Below are positions 20,311 to 30,537 of a DNA stretch of 64,000 nucleotides, piece by piece; position 1 is the stretch's first letter; the number at the start of each line of letters is the position of its first letter. The position numbers were made by a program, and so were the translations under genes. The notes below the pieces were generated by a model, which saw nothing but the letters and a program-made list of their open reading frames with translations, made no database searches and was not told the DNA's origin. The DNA is taken from positions 19,826-83,825 of the IMG/VR virus record IMGVR_UViG_3300012346_000220, one strand, 5' to 3'. This DNA comes from a virus. Its lineage: Duplodnaviria > Heunggongvirae > Uroviricota > Caudoviricetes.

Positions 20311-23300
20311 ATGGCCAAATACCTGACCCTACCTGACGGTTCTTCGTTTCAGATGAAGGAGGGGCAGACTCCCGCCGCAGCCATGCAAGAAGCGGTACAG
20401 CGCTTCCCCGAAGCGTTTGGTTTTGGCGAAGACAAACCAACGCAAGACACCACTGGTTTCAAAGCTGCCGCAGCCGCAGGCTTTGAGCGCCTCAAAGGCG
20501 AGACGGCGCTGACTGCCGGTAAGTTGGGCCTGATGGACACCGCAAAAGCGGAGCAGTACCAGAAGGAAAAAGAAGCCGCAGCGCAAGCCCGCTTCACGCC
20601 CACAGAAGACGGCTGGACCGAATCTCCTCTCCAGAAACTGAAAGAAACTGCTGGCGGCTCTTTGCCGTACATGCTGGCTCCTGTTGCAGCAGGCGCTGCT
20701 GCTTTGGCCGCTCCAGTATCCGCCCCGGTTGCTGCGGGCTTGGGTTTGGTAGGCGCAGGACTGGCGTCCACCGGGCAGTTCACGGGCTCCAACTTGGCCC
20801 GTCAGATGGACACCGGCAAGTCTCTTGAACAGACAAGTCTGGGCTCTGCCGTAGGCGCAGCCGTTCCTCAAGCGCTGATCGACACCGCTGCCATGGCCCT
20901 GCTGCCCGGCGTGGGCAAACTGTTCGGTTCTGTGGGCTCCAAGCTGACAACCGAGCAAGCCAAAGCGATTGCTTCCCAGACTCTGGGCAGAACAGTTGCC
21001 GACTACGCAGCCAAGACAGGTACGGCCATGGGCCGTGAGGGCGTTACCGAAGCCGCGCAACAACTGCTGGAGCGCGTACAGGCAGGTCTTGCCATCGCAG
21101 ACCCTGAAGCCCGCAAAGAGTACATCGACAGCTTCATCGGCGGAGCCGCCCTTGCAGGCGTAGGCGCACCAGTTGGCCGCGCCATTGAACGCAGCGGCGC
21201 AAAGTCTCAAGCAGCGGAAGCGGATCGTGCCGATCAAGCCAAAGCAGCAGCCGAGGCCGAAGCTGCCAAGAATCAGCCAGACGCCCTGCGCCAGCTAAGC
21301 AGCGATTTCAGCGCAGCGGATCAACAGCTTCAAGCCATCAACGCCAAGCTGGCAGAGATCAAACCCGGTAAGGGCGCGACAGCCGAGCAAAAGCAAGCGT
21401 ATGAAGCGCTTAAAGCGGAGCGTGCTGAGCTGCTGACCACCTACAAACCACTGCGCCAAGAGTACGCGAAGCGCAAGAGCGCTATCGACCAGTTGGACGC
21501 AGACCGCCAGACAGCTTTGGAAGTCGAAACTGCGGCCGGGCAAGAAGCTGCCAAGGAAGCTGTGCCTGCCGAAGAGCCCCAGCTCGACGTGCAAAAGCTC
21601 ATGTTGGAGCAAGACACACTGCGCAACCAGATTGCAGGCATTGAGGAACAGTTGGCCCAAGCTGCGCCAGAACAGTTTGACGCATTGAATGCCCAGCGCC
21701 AAGACTTGCAGCGCCGCATTGATGCCCGAGCTACGCTGATTGAAGAGCGTGGCGGTTCTCCGTTGGCGCGAGCGGAGTTTGAGCAAGCCACATCCGCCAA
21801 GATGCAGGCGATCGACACTCGTCTGGACAAGCTCAACGCCACCTACACCGCCGCACTTAGCAATAAAGACTACGACGCTGCGGCAAAAGCCAAGGACGAG
21901 TTGCTGACCCTGCGCCAAGAGCGTAACGACCTGACTACCAAAACAGCGCAGCAGATGCAGGCGCTGCAAGAGAAGCAGGCAGGGCTGGCGCAGCGCGGCC
22001 AGACACGTGACTTGTTTACGGAAGCTCCGGCTGCACCCACCGCCGCTGCGGACGAGCAGCTCAAGCAGCAGACACTGGAAGAAGAAAAACAACGTGCGTT
22101 GTACGGCCCGGAGTCAAAGAAGGCGTCGGCCGAGCAAGCGTTTGGCGAAACCGAAATCGGTCCTCGCGGTCAGTTGGAGCCCCTCACCCAGATGACGGAG
22201 CCGACTGCGCAGACCGGTATCAAGCCAAAGCAGTTGGCGCTGGTGGAGGAGACAACCGAGAAAGTATCCGCTGCACAAACAGCACTGGAAGACGCCGCCA
22301 AGACCAAAGACACGCAAGCAATTTACGCTGCCGCCGATGCACTCAACCAAGCCAAGAGCGAAGGCTCCCGTGCGCAAGATGAAGTGGGTCGTGGAATGTT
22401 CCGCCCCGTTGTGTTGGATTTGTTCAGCCCCGCCAACATCATCAACACGGCGATTCAAAGCGGCGACACCAAGCTCATCAACGACATCGCAACCCATGCC
22501 GATACTACGGCGCTGCGCACATCGTTGGATGAGAAGCTGAGCGAACGGGAAAGACTCGCCCGGTTGCTGGACACTCGCTTGGACTTGGGCGGTGAAGAGA
22601 AGGCCGCAACAGGCGAGAAGCTGAAGAGCGTCAAGCGCGAACGCGCTGATCTGTTCTCACAACTCTACGACGCCCGGCAGCAGGCGCTGTTTAAGAACGG
22701 CACGTACCCCGACCGTGAATTGCAGGCACTGTACGACCAAGGCGGTCCTGCCGCAGTTGAGTACGAGCGCGTCATGCAGGACGTTGAGGAACTATCCAAA
22801 AAGGTCACGACCAAGCAAGGCAACGCCAAGAAGTCTTTGTATGAACAGCTCGTTGACTTAGCTGCGCAGCACAGCGCACTTGTGGCGCAGATGGAGTCCG
22901 GTGTTGCTACACCAAACCTGCGCGAGAAGACGGCCGCACTGCAAGCCAAGACCGGCAAGGGTAAAACCCCGGCCGAGCGTCAGATGGACGCCGCCGAGAA
23001 GTACCAGCTTCAGCGCAAGATGGATGCGCTGGTCAACAAGTACAAAATGGTTGAGGGTCAGGTTGCCCCCATTCGTGACCAGATCACGAAGTTGTACAGC
23101 AGCTTGTACAAGACTACTCCGCTTGAGAAAGCCAGCACGATTGCTGAACGAAAAGAAAACGAGTCCGATGCGCAAGCCCGTGGCCCAAAGGCAGTCTCGC
23201 GCACAGCCAAGACTGCCGCACGTATTGCCAAGGGTGACGTGCGCAAAGAAGCCGAGACCTCCCAGAAGCTGCGCGATCTGGCGCGTGACTTGGGCATGGA

Positions 23301-26300
23301 AGAAGCCGAGTACAAAAAACTCAACGACAACTTGACGAAGCGGTTTGCTGCGTTGAAAGAGAAGTATGGCAAGTTTGACCCTGCGGTGACTTCTTTTCAG
23401 ATCAACATGGTCGACCAGTTGAACGAGAAGGCAATTGCGCTGGGCAAGGCCACGCCGGAGTACAAGGCAACGCTGAAAGAGCAGGTCGAGTACTTCAAAG
23501 AAGTGCTGCCAACCGCAGGCAAACAAACGCTTTCTACCAAGCGCACCGGCCAAGTCACGCGCAAGCAGAATGCTGCGCCAAGCCGTCTGGTGTCCTCCTC
23601 GCCTGAGAGCCGCGCACAGACTGACATTGAAGACCGGGCCGTGCGCATCAAGCGCGGCTCACTCAAGGACTTCCAAGAAGCGCTGGACTCCGAGAAGTAC
23701 GGCACTGCCTACCGTTTTAAAGAAGGCGAAGCCGACACCGTGGTTGATGCTGCGGAAGCCCAGAAGATGGTGGACGGCCTTGACCTGCCAGCCAACGTCA
23801 AGTTTGTGTACGCCCCCACATCGCGGCAAGTACCCGTGCGCTTGCTCAAATTGATGGCCAACGACGGCGTCGATGTTGTGGATGGCATGGTGCGCGGCGC
23901 AGTGTTCCCTGACGGCACGGTGTTGGTTATCGGTGACCAGCACGCCAACGTCAAAGACTTGGAAGAGACGATTGCCCACGAGCTGATCGGCCACTACGGT
24001 GTGGACACCATCATCGGGCTTGAGCGCCTGAATGCTTTTGCCAAGAAGACCGACGTGATTGAACTGGCTGAGCAGCTTGGCGGTAAAGCCTTGGTTGCGG
24101 ACGTCATGAACACCGTGCGGGCCAATGCCGACATGGGCCGCAGTGAAGAAGTGCAAAAGCTGCAAGCTCTGCGCGAGATCATTGCGCACACTGAAGAGGC
24201 CCGCATCACGGAAGCCTTCAAACAGAAAGCCGGTCGTTGGCTCAAGGAGCTGGTCGGTATGGTTCGCGCAGGTCTGCGCAGCATGGGGTTCAAGAGCTTG
24301 CCCGAGCTGTCTACGTCTGACGTGTTCTACATGCTCAAGCAGTCGCGCAAAGCGTTTGCCAACAAGACTATCGGGCCTTACAAAGCAGTCGATGGCGGCG
24401 TTGCTTTCCGTGTGCGCAACCAGCCACAGCCCTACAAAACTGTCGGCGGTCAGCCCAGCGCAGTCAACAACTTCTTGGGCAACGTGATGGGCCTTGCAGG
24501 CCGCGTGCAGTTCATCGACCAGTACGCAGCTTTGGATGCCGCTACTAAGAAGGGTTTGAGCGCCGGAGTCATCAGCAGCTTAGAAGCCACAAACGTCAAC
24601 TACCTGCTGCGCTTTGGCCAGCAGCGCAGCCAGTTTGCTGGCCAGTTCCTGACCAACGGCCCCGTCAAGGCGGAGATTACGCGCAAGGACGGCGGCACTG
24701 AGACGCTGTACCGCAGCACCAAAGGCACGTCCATGCTGGATGTGGCAGCTGCTTTGAACAAGGCCAAGATCGGAAATGACACCGAGCAAGAAGCCATGTT
24801 CACGCTGTACATGGCGGGCAAACGTGCCGCGCAAGTGGGCTGGGACAAACTGAACGTCACGAACGCCGCTGAGTCCAAGGCCGAATACAACGACGTGATG
24901 GCGCGTCTGGATGCCAACCCGCAGGCCAAGCAAGCGTTTGAGGACGCAGCCAAGCTGTACAAAGAGTACAACGCAGGCTTGATGGACTTCCTCGTCGATA
25001 CGGGCGCACTGCCCGCCAAGAAAGCTGCTGAACTGAAGGCCATCGACTACGTGCCGTTCTACCGCATCAACGCCAACGGCGAAGTGCAACTGATGGTGGA
25101 CAAAGAGCGCCCTGTGCGCATCGCCAACATCAAGGATCAGCCGCAGCTCAAGGAGCTGGTCGGCGGCAATGACGCCATCATGCCGATCTTCACCAGTTCG
25201 GCGCAGAACACGTTCATGATTGCTGGCATGGGCTTGCGCAACCAAGCGGTGAAGGAGACCTCCTTCATGCTGCAAAAGCTCGGCATCGCCAGCCGCGTAG
25301 CGTCCGGCAAAGGCCCACAAGGCGACAACGTCGTGCGCTTCTTCAAGAACGGTGAGCCGTACTACGCACTGATCGACACTGACGCTTACGGCGTGCCAGC
25401 AGAACTCATCGTGCGCGGCATGGATGGTATCAAGACCACGCTGCCTGCGGTCATCAAACTGCTCGGCATTCCGGCCAACATCTTGCGCTCATTCGTTGTG
25501 CGCAACCCCACCTACGCCGTGCGTCAGATCATCCGCGATCCGCTGAACGCTTGGATGACAACCGGCACTGACGCCGTGCCTGTGCTCTCGTCCATGAAAG
25601 AGCTGGCCAGCATGGTCGCTGGGCGCAGTGACGCTGAGAAGAAGCTCATGGAGACAGGCGCGATCAGCAGCAACGTCTACAGCGGCGATGAGCAAGACAT
25701 GGCCAAGTTCTTGAAGGACTTGTCGGCCGGTAAGACGGGCTGGGACAAAGCGCTGTCTGCGCTGGACACATTCGCCCTCCAAGGCGATGCGGCTACCCGC
25801 GCCGTGATCTACAAGGACTCGCTGGCCAAGGGCATGACGGAGCAGGAAGCTCTGCTGCGCACACTGGAGTCGATGAACTTCAGCCGCCGCGGTGTGTCCC
25901 CCAGCATGCAGGCGCTGTCCACCCTCATCCCGTTCTTCAACGCACAGGTACAGGGTCTGGACGTGATCTATCGCGCCATGAAAGGCGACATGCCTTTCAG
26001 CCAGCAACTCGACATCCGGGGCAAGATGGTGCGCCGTGGTTTGATGCTGGCCGCAGGCACGATTGCCTACGCCGCCATGATGGAGGACGATGAGGCATAC
26101 CAACGCGCCAAACCTGAAGAGCGCCTTGCCAACTGGTTCGTGTACTTGCCCGGTGTTGACGAGCCTGTGCGTGTACCAATCCCGTTTGAAATGGGCTTCT
26201 TGTTCAAGGCGCTGCCTGAAGCGGTGTACGCCATGGCCATGCAAGACGGCAAAGCTGACGCTGCACTGAGTGGATTGTCCAAGCTGGCTATGCAGACTGT

Positions 26301-26964
26301 GCCTTTGACCCTGCCGCAAGCGGTCAAGCCGATCACTGAGGCGATACTGGGCAAGTCGTTCTACAGCGGCGACATCGAATCTACACGCGAGAAAGACGTG
26401 TTGGCCACTGAGCGCTACCGAGACTCCACCACGGAGTTGGCCAAGACGATTGGCGCAGTAACTGGAAAAGCGGGCGTCAGCCCGATCATGCTGGACTACT
26501 TGATGCGCGGGTATACCGGCGGTCTGGGGATTGCGCTTGTGCAGCTCGCCAACCCGTTGCTGGCTTCCAGCGATAAGGCAGAAGTCGCACAGCCAACAAC
26601 CAAGATCAGCAAGCAACCTTTCATCGGCGGGCTGTTCCAACCTGTTGAGGGCCGGGGTACGTTGGACGAAGCCTACGACCGCATGAAAGAAATTCAGCAG
26701 GTCAAGGGCACGTTCAACGACATGGTTGCCAAAGGCCAGAGAGCAGAAGCTATGGCGTTTGCACAGGAGTACTCTGACAAACTGTCGGCGGCTTCGATCT
26801 CCGGCAGCGTGCAAAAGCAGTTGGGCGAGTTGGCCAAGCTGGAGCGCCAGATCAAGAGCAGCCCAAGCCTGACCACTGAGCAGAAAGATGCGCGTCTGGC
26901 GCAGCTCGACAAGCTCAAGACAGCGACAGCCCGGCAGTTCCTTGGCGTGACCGCTCAGCGATAA
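20311..26964 (+). CDS. Giant virion-module protein (2217 aa): coiled-coil-rich N-terminal ~1000 aa, central zincin-like HExxH (IAHELIGHYG) region, large C-terminal domain of unknown function
   Basis: Single uninterrupted ORF. The HELIGH motif at about aa 1215 is read directly. The N-terminal half is a long, charged, heptad-like low-complexity region. Last gene of the structural block. Confidence 0.6.
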   Translation: MAKYLTLPDGSSFQMKEGQTPAAAMQEAVQRFPEAFGFGEDKPTQDTTGFKAAAAAGFERLKGETALTAGKLGLMDTAKAEQYQKEKEAAAQARFTPTEDGWTESPLQKLKETAGGSLPYMLAPVAAGAAALAAPVSAPVAAGLGLVGAGLASTGQFTGSNLARQMDTGKSLEQTSLGSAVGAAVPQALIDTAAMALLPGVGKLFGSVGSKLTTEQAKAIASQTLGRTVADYAAKTGTAMGREGVTEAAQQLLERVQAGLAIADPEARKEYIDSFIGGAALAGVGAPVGRAIERSGAKSQAAEADRADQAKAAAEAEAAKNQPDALRQLSSDFSAADQQLQAINAKLAEIKPGKGATAEQKQAYEALKAERAELLTTYKPLRQEYAKRKSAIDQLDADRQTALEVETAAGQEAAKEAVPAEEPQLDVQKLMLEQDTLRNQIAGIEEQLAQAAPEQFDALNAQRQDLQRRIDARATLIEERGGSPLARAEFEQATSAKMQAIDTRLDKLNATYTAALSNKDYDAAAKAKDELLTLRQERNDLTTKTAQQMQALQEKQAGLAQRGQTRDLFTEAPAAPTAAADEQLKQQTLEEEKQRALYGPESKKASAEQAFGETEIGPRGQLEPLTQMTEPTAQTGIKPKQLALVEETTEKVSAAQTALEDAAKTKDTQAIYAAADALNQAKSEGSRAQDEVGRGMFRPVVLDLFSPANIINTAIQSGDTKLINDIATHADTTALRTSLDEKLSERERLARLLDTRLDLGGEEKAATGEKLKSVKRERADLFSQLYDARQQALFKNGTYPDRELQALYDQGGPAAVEYERVMQDVEELSKKVTTKQGNAKKSLYEQLVDLAAQHSALVAQMESGVATPNLREKTAALQAKTGKGKTPAERQMDAAEKYQLQRKMDALVNKYKMVEGQVAPIRDQITKLYSSLYKTTPLEKASTIAERKENESDAQARGPKAVSRTAKTAARIAKGDVRKEAETSQKLRDLARDLGMEEAEYKKLNDNLTKRFAALKEKYGKFDPAVTSFQINMVDQLNEKAIALGKATPEYKATLKEQVEYFKEVLPTAGKQTLSTKRTGQVTRKQNAAPSRLVSSSPESRAQTDIEDRAVRIKRGSLKDFQEALDSEKYGTAYRFKEGEADTVVDAAEAQKMVDGLDLPANVKFVYAPTSRQVPVRLLKLMANDGVDVVDGMVRGAVFPDGTVLVIGDQHANVKDLEETIAHELIGHYGVDTIIGLERLNAFAKKTDVIELAEQLGGKALVADVMNTVRANADMGRSEEVQKLQALREIIAHTEEARITEAFKQKAGRWLKELVGMVRAGLRSMGFKSLPELSTSDVFYMLKQSRKAFANKTIGPYKAVDGGVAFRVRNQPQPYKTVGGQPSAVNNFLGNVMGLAGRVQFIDQYAALDAATKKGLSAGVISSLEATNVNYLLRFGQQRSQFAGQFLTNGPVKAEITRKDGGTETLYRSTKGTSMLDVAAALNKAKIGNDTEQEAMFTLYMAGKRAAQVGWDKLNVTNAAESKAEYNDVMARLDANPQAKQAFEDAAKLYKEYNAGLMDFLVDTGALPAKKAAELKAIDYVPFYRINANGEVQLMVDKERPVRIANIKDQPQLKELVGGNDAIMPIFTSSAQNTFMIAGMGLRNQAVKETSFMLQKLGIASRVASGKGPQGDNVVRFFKNGEPYYALIDTDAYGVPAELIVRGMDGIKTTLPAVIKLLGIPANILRSFVVRNPTYAVRQIIRDPLNAWMTTGTDAVPVLSSMKELASMVAGRSDAEKKLMETGAISSNVYSGDEQDMAKFLKDLSAGKTGWDKALSALDTFALQGDAATRAVIYKDSLAKGMTEQEALLRTLESMNFSRRGVSPSMQALSTLIPFFNAQVQGLDVIYRAMKGDMPFSQQLDIRGKMVRRGLMLAAGTIAYAAMMEDDEAYQRAKPEERLANWFVYLPGVDEPVRVPIPFEMGFLFKALPEAVYAMAMQDGKADAALSGLSKLAMQTVPLTLPQAVKPITEAILGKSFYSGDIESTREKDVLATERYRDSTTELAKTIGAVTGKAGVSPIMLDYLMRGYTGGLGIALVQLANPLLASSDKAEVAQPTTKISKQPFIGGLFQPVEGRGTLDEAYDRMKEIQQVKGTFNDMVAKGQRAEAMAFAQEYSDKLSAASISGSVQKQLGELAKLERQIKSSPSLTTEQKDARLAQLDKLKTATARQFLGVTAQR

Positions 26965-27074
26965 AACCACACCCCGCTCAGTCCCTTGTGGACGGCGGGG
27001 TAGGCTTTAGCGTCAAAGATGCGGCATCGTAGCGCTTCACTGAGACCTAGCTTGCGCACTTTCTCGGAGTTGAG

Positions 27075-27096
27075 GCAGGGGACGAAAAACCCCTGC
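27075..27096. terminator. Convergent-operon boundary hairpin (GCAGGGG-N8-CCCCTGC); a second hairpin lies at about 26973..27001
   Basis: GC-rich inverted repeats between the stop of the giant gene (26964) and the stop of the primase-helicase (27103). No strong U-run on either strand. Confidence 0.4.
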
Positions 27097-27102
27097 CCCC
27101 GC

Positions 27103-30090
27103 TCAACCCGCACCCAAGGGAATGCTCTGGAGTACTGAGTCATCGAGTGTGCTCATGTTCGCGCTCAGGCGCAGTGTTGCCACACGCATCGGAGGTCCGT
27201 CCGTCTTGGCCAGCATGTCCTTCTTGGGGACTTGCTGCACGATGAACGACTGCGCAATGTCCTGTTTGAACGTGGCGTAGCTGAAGCTCATGTTGGAGCA
27301 GTACGCACGCAGCAGGCGCTCCTCGATGTAGAAGTCGATGTAACCCGGATTGACGCCATGCTCGACCCGGCCCATGATCTCTTGCCGTGTGGTGGTCTTG
27401 CCCACACTCGTGCCGTCACCGAACATCGCAGCAGGGCCAGCCTTCTCGCCGTACTTGACGATGACGAACTTGCCTTGGAACTCTTGCGTGAACGCGTTGA
27501 GCACATCTTCTGCTGTGCGCTTGCCGCCCTTGATAGCTTGACGCTGGTGGTCGATCTGGCGACGGTAGGATTCGATGATCTCCTGCAAGGGGATGTTGAC
27601 GATACCTGCGTGCTTGTCGCTCAAAAGCAAACCTGCCGCAACGATTGCGCCCACACCCGCCATCCAGTACCGCTCGTCGTTGGGGGCCTTGTACTCGGTG
27701 TACATGCGGCGCACACACTCAGGCACCAGTTCACGCAACATGCTGGCGTTGTCCACCAGATACTGCGCCAAGATTTCGCCTGCTACAGCGAAGTTGAACG
27801 GCAGCGTCTTGATGATCTCGATCTCCTCTTGGGACCACTCCAACTTCACGTCCATGTTGAACTCGATCATGCGGCGCAGCTCACCCTCGGAGGAGTGCTT
27901 GCGCTCACCTGTCATGTAGTCAACGGCAGGGCGGTTGGAGGACATCAGCGCCAGCGTGGCCCATGTTGACAGGTTCAGCCGTTCTTTGTTGGTGCCCGAC
28001 TCCATACGCTCTTTGCCGCGACCTTCGCTCATACTGAACAAGAAAGCAGGGAACCACTCGAAGTCCTTGCGGTTGTTGGTTGTGATCTCGTCCGTGATGA
28101 GCGGCAAGCTGCGCAGGTGGCCAAGGCGTTGCTGCATGGCAACAGGCGATGTGCCCGAGCCTGTGCGGTAGTGGATGGGATGGCCCCAGATGGATGCTGC
28201 TGCGTCCAGTGACAACGACTTACCAGTGCCTGACTCAGTGGACGCTACGTGGACTGTCATGCCCAGCAGGCCCGTGAACTTCATCAAGGGGGCGGCAGCA
28301 CCGGCCAGCACAACGGCCAACTGATCCCACATCTTGCGCCGCACCATCATGTTGATGACGTTTCTCCACGCATCGAGTGTGCCCGTGGGCTTGGTGCTGT
28401 TCACAATGTTTTGCAGCTCCGTCATCGGAACCATGACGGGCTGGCGATTGGCGCTGTACACGCGGCTTGCAAACACAAACGTACCGTCGTCTTGCCAGCC
28501 GTAGCTTGGCGGCATGTTGATCGGGGACCGTTCCACGCTGATCTTCTCAACGCTGGCGCGGACGTAGTCGTAGAAGTTCTTGTCGTTGCCGGAGCCAAAT
28601 GCTGCCATGACGTTCTGGTTGGCCAAGTGCTTGATCGTCTCGTCCTTGCTGGCCAGACATTTCTGCGGCACCAGTACGTTGTGAAGTTGCTTGTTCTTGA
28701 TGACGCAGAAGTGCACTTCGTGACTACCGTTGTTGTTCAGCACGTCCACCGGGAAAATAGTGTTGGAGCAAAGCAACAGTTGCTTCGTCACCTTGTGACC
28801 GTCCGTGTCTTCCTCGATGCGCTCCAAGAACACGCCGCCCCTTGCGCCAAAGGCATAACCCCGTGGTGGCTCAGGCTGGGCAATCAGTACCGTGTCGGCC
28901 TCAGTATCGGCATCGGGCGCTGCACTGCTTTCAACCTCGACCATAGTCTCGTCAGTGGTCACGGCCATCTCTCGGCCCCACAGCAGTGGGTTGGTGATCT
29001 TGCCCCAGTGGGAGCAGCCACGGCACACGCCGGGATTCATGTCGTCCATCGCTGCGCATGAGTACGGGCCTTTGATCTCGGCCAGCTTCTGGTGCATGCG
29101 CTCGTGCGGGTATGGGTGCAGGTCGCTCAGCCATTCCGAAGCCTTCGTACCGTCTGCGCAGACCTTGGCCCAACTGAGTACCCCTCGCCAGATCGGCTCC
29201 ATGCCGTCATCGCTTGCGTTCTCCACGTAGTTCTGGAGCTGGGCGCAGCCTGAGCCTTGCTTTGTTTTGACCAGAATTTTTTTGAACAACGTCACGCTGT
29301 TTTGCGCAAGCGCAGTCAACATGGTCGGAGGGTTGACACCCGTCGGCCTCTGCCCCGGCAGGGCCAGCGTGGAGCTGGAGGGCATCTTCACAAACTCTGG
29401 ACCGAACCCCTCGGCCGTCATGATGGCCTCGATGTCGTCCACAGCAAAGCGGTCGCCCTCGGAGAGACTGCGCACACGCGTAGCTGCGCGTACAGCCTTG
29501 CCGTTCTTGATCCCGGTGTTGATGGTGTCAGGCACACGCAAGACGCGGGAAGCATCGCCTGTGACAGCGGTGTCGATGGCCAGCCCGTGCTTTAAGCACA
29601 GCTCTTTGAAGCGCTTGGCAAAGGCGTACCACTCGTCCTTGAACAGCATAGTGTCCAGCGGCCAGTAGGCGTGAATGCCCCCGCCGGAGTGAACCATCCA
29701 AGGATCGCCCAGCGCAGCCAGCCCTGTGTCTTCGCAGAACTTCTGCAACGCCTGCGCCGCAGCTTTGGCGCTGGGGTATGACTTGTCCTTGATGACCAGC
29801 TCACCCTCTTTGTCTGGCACAGGGATGTCTTTGGGGTGGTTGCAGTCAAGGTCCACGGCCAGCACTTGGCTGGCGTGCATGTTGTCCTTGGTGCGGTCTT
29901 TGTCCGTGCCGAACGTGCCGAGTGCGAAGTACGTGTCGTACCCAGCTTGCGCCCACTTCTCAATGGTGGGCATGAGTTCCTCAAGTGTTTGTCCGAAGAC
30001 GTGTTGTTTCTTCTTCGAGAGTTCTACCGCGCAGTAATAGCCATTACCCGGAGACGGCAAAACCGCCGCCATCAAATCGAGCGGAGTCAT
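27103..30090 (-). CDS. Bifunctional primase-polymerase (AEP/prim-pol) / SF3 (D5-like) helicase
   Basis: N-terminal prim-pol-like region (DLD...HSGGGIHAYW). Downstream Walker A GTGKSLSLDAAASIWG, typical of SF3 helicases. Confidence 0.75.
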   Translation of the reverse strand: MTPLDLMAAVLPSPGNGYYCAVELSKKKQHVFGQTLEELMPTIEKWAQAGYDTYFALGTFGTDKDRTKDNMHASQVLAVDLDCNHPKDIPVPDKEGELVIKDKSYPSAKAAAQALQKFCEDTGLAALGDPWMVHSGGGIHAYWPLDTMLFKDEWYAFAKRFKELCLKHGLAIDTAVTGDASRVLRVPDTINTGIKNGKAVRAATRVRSLSEGDRFAVDDIEAIMTAEGFGPEFVKMPSSSTLALPGQRPTGVNPPTMLTALAQNSVTLFKKILVKTKQGSGCAQLQNYVENASDDGMEPIWRGVLSWAKVCADGTKASEWLSDLHPYPHERMHQKLAEIKGPYSCAAMDDMNPGVCRGCSHWGKITNPLLWGREMAVTTDETMVEVESSAAPDADTEADTVLIAQPEPPRGYAFGARGGVFLERIEEDTDGHKVTKQLLLCSNTIFPVDVLNNNGSHEVHFCVIKNKQLHNVLVPQKCLASKDETIKHLANQNVMAAFGSGNDKNFYDYVRASVEKISVERSPINMPPSYGWQDDGTFVFASRVYSANRQPVMVPMTELQNIVNSTKPTGTLDAWRNVINMMVRRKMWDQLAVVLAGAAAPLMKFTGLLGMTVHVASTESGTGKSLSLDAAASIWGHPIHYRTGSGTSPVAMQQRLGHLRSLPLITDEITTNNRKDFEWFPAFLFSMSEGRGKERMESGTNKERLNLSTWATLALMSSNRPAVDYMTGERKHSSEGELRRMIEFNMDVKLEWSQEEIEIIKTLPFNFAVAGEILAQYLVDNASMLRELVPECVRRMYTEYKAPNDERYWMAGVGAIVAAGLLLSDKHAGIVNIPLQEIIESYRRQIDHQRQAIKGGKRTAEDVLNAFTQEFQGKFVIVKYGEKAGPAAMFGDGTSVGKTTTRQEIMGRVEHGVNPGYIDFYIEERLLRAYCSNMSFSYATFKQDIAQSFIVQQVPKKDMLAKTDGPPMRVATLRLSANMSTLDDSVLQSIPLGAG

Positions 30091-30232
30091 GGGGGTCCTT
30101 CGGGAACGGTTTACTTGAGGTCGTCTTCGGTGGTGTCCAGCAGCTTAGTGAAGCGCTCGTACAGCTCTTTCACGAAGTCAACGGACACGTTGTAGTTCTG
30201 CATGTAGATGTGGTGCAGCAACTCTTCGTCGG

Positions 30233-30511
30233 TCAGGGCTTGAGGTTGTACTCGTGACATATTCTTCTCCATGCCTCGTCAGCGTTCTGCGAGGATTGCA
30301 TAATTGTTAAAAGGGTTTCCACGCGATGACGGTACGCGACAAAGACTTCTGATCCGTTGAACCAGTTGTAGACGGTCTGTCGTGTGACGCCGAGGGCGTA
30401 GGCTATTTTCGTGACGGGGAAATCCAGATGGATAGCCCAACGCCCAAGCTGGTTGCCCAGAGACTTGGGAGTCTTCATCACGTCATCAATGATTTTTTGT
30501 GAGTAGGCCAT
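30233..30511 (-). CDS. XRE-family HTH transcriptional regulator
   Basis: Start chosen at the internal ATG at 30511 (MAYSQKII...). An HTH is recognisable (TKIAYALGVTRQTVYNWFNG). A GC hairpin with a TTCG loop lies immediately 5' of the start. Confidence 0.5.
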   Translation of the reverse strand: MAYSQKIIDDVMKTPKSLGNQLGRWAIHLDFPVTKIAYALGVTRQTVYNWFNGSEVFVAYRHRVETLLTIMQSSQNADEAWRRICHEYNLKP

Positions 30512-30537
30512 GGTAGTAGGGGCCGAAGCCCCTTTGG

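Noticed and set aside
20311-26964. Giant ORF as an N4-like virion RNA polymerase
   Set aside because: No T7-type RNAP motifs (D..GR/H, K..YG, HDS-type motif C) are visible. Its size of 2217 aa is also well short of the roughly 3500 aa of N4 vRNAP.
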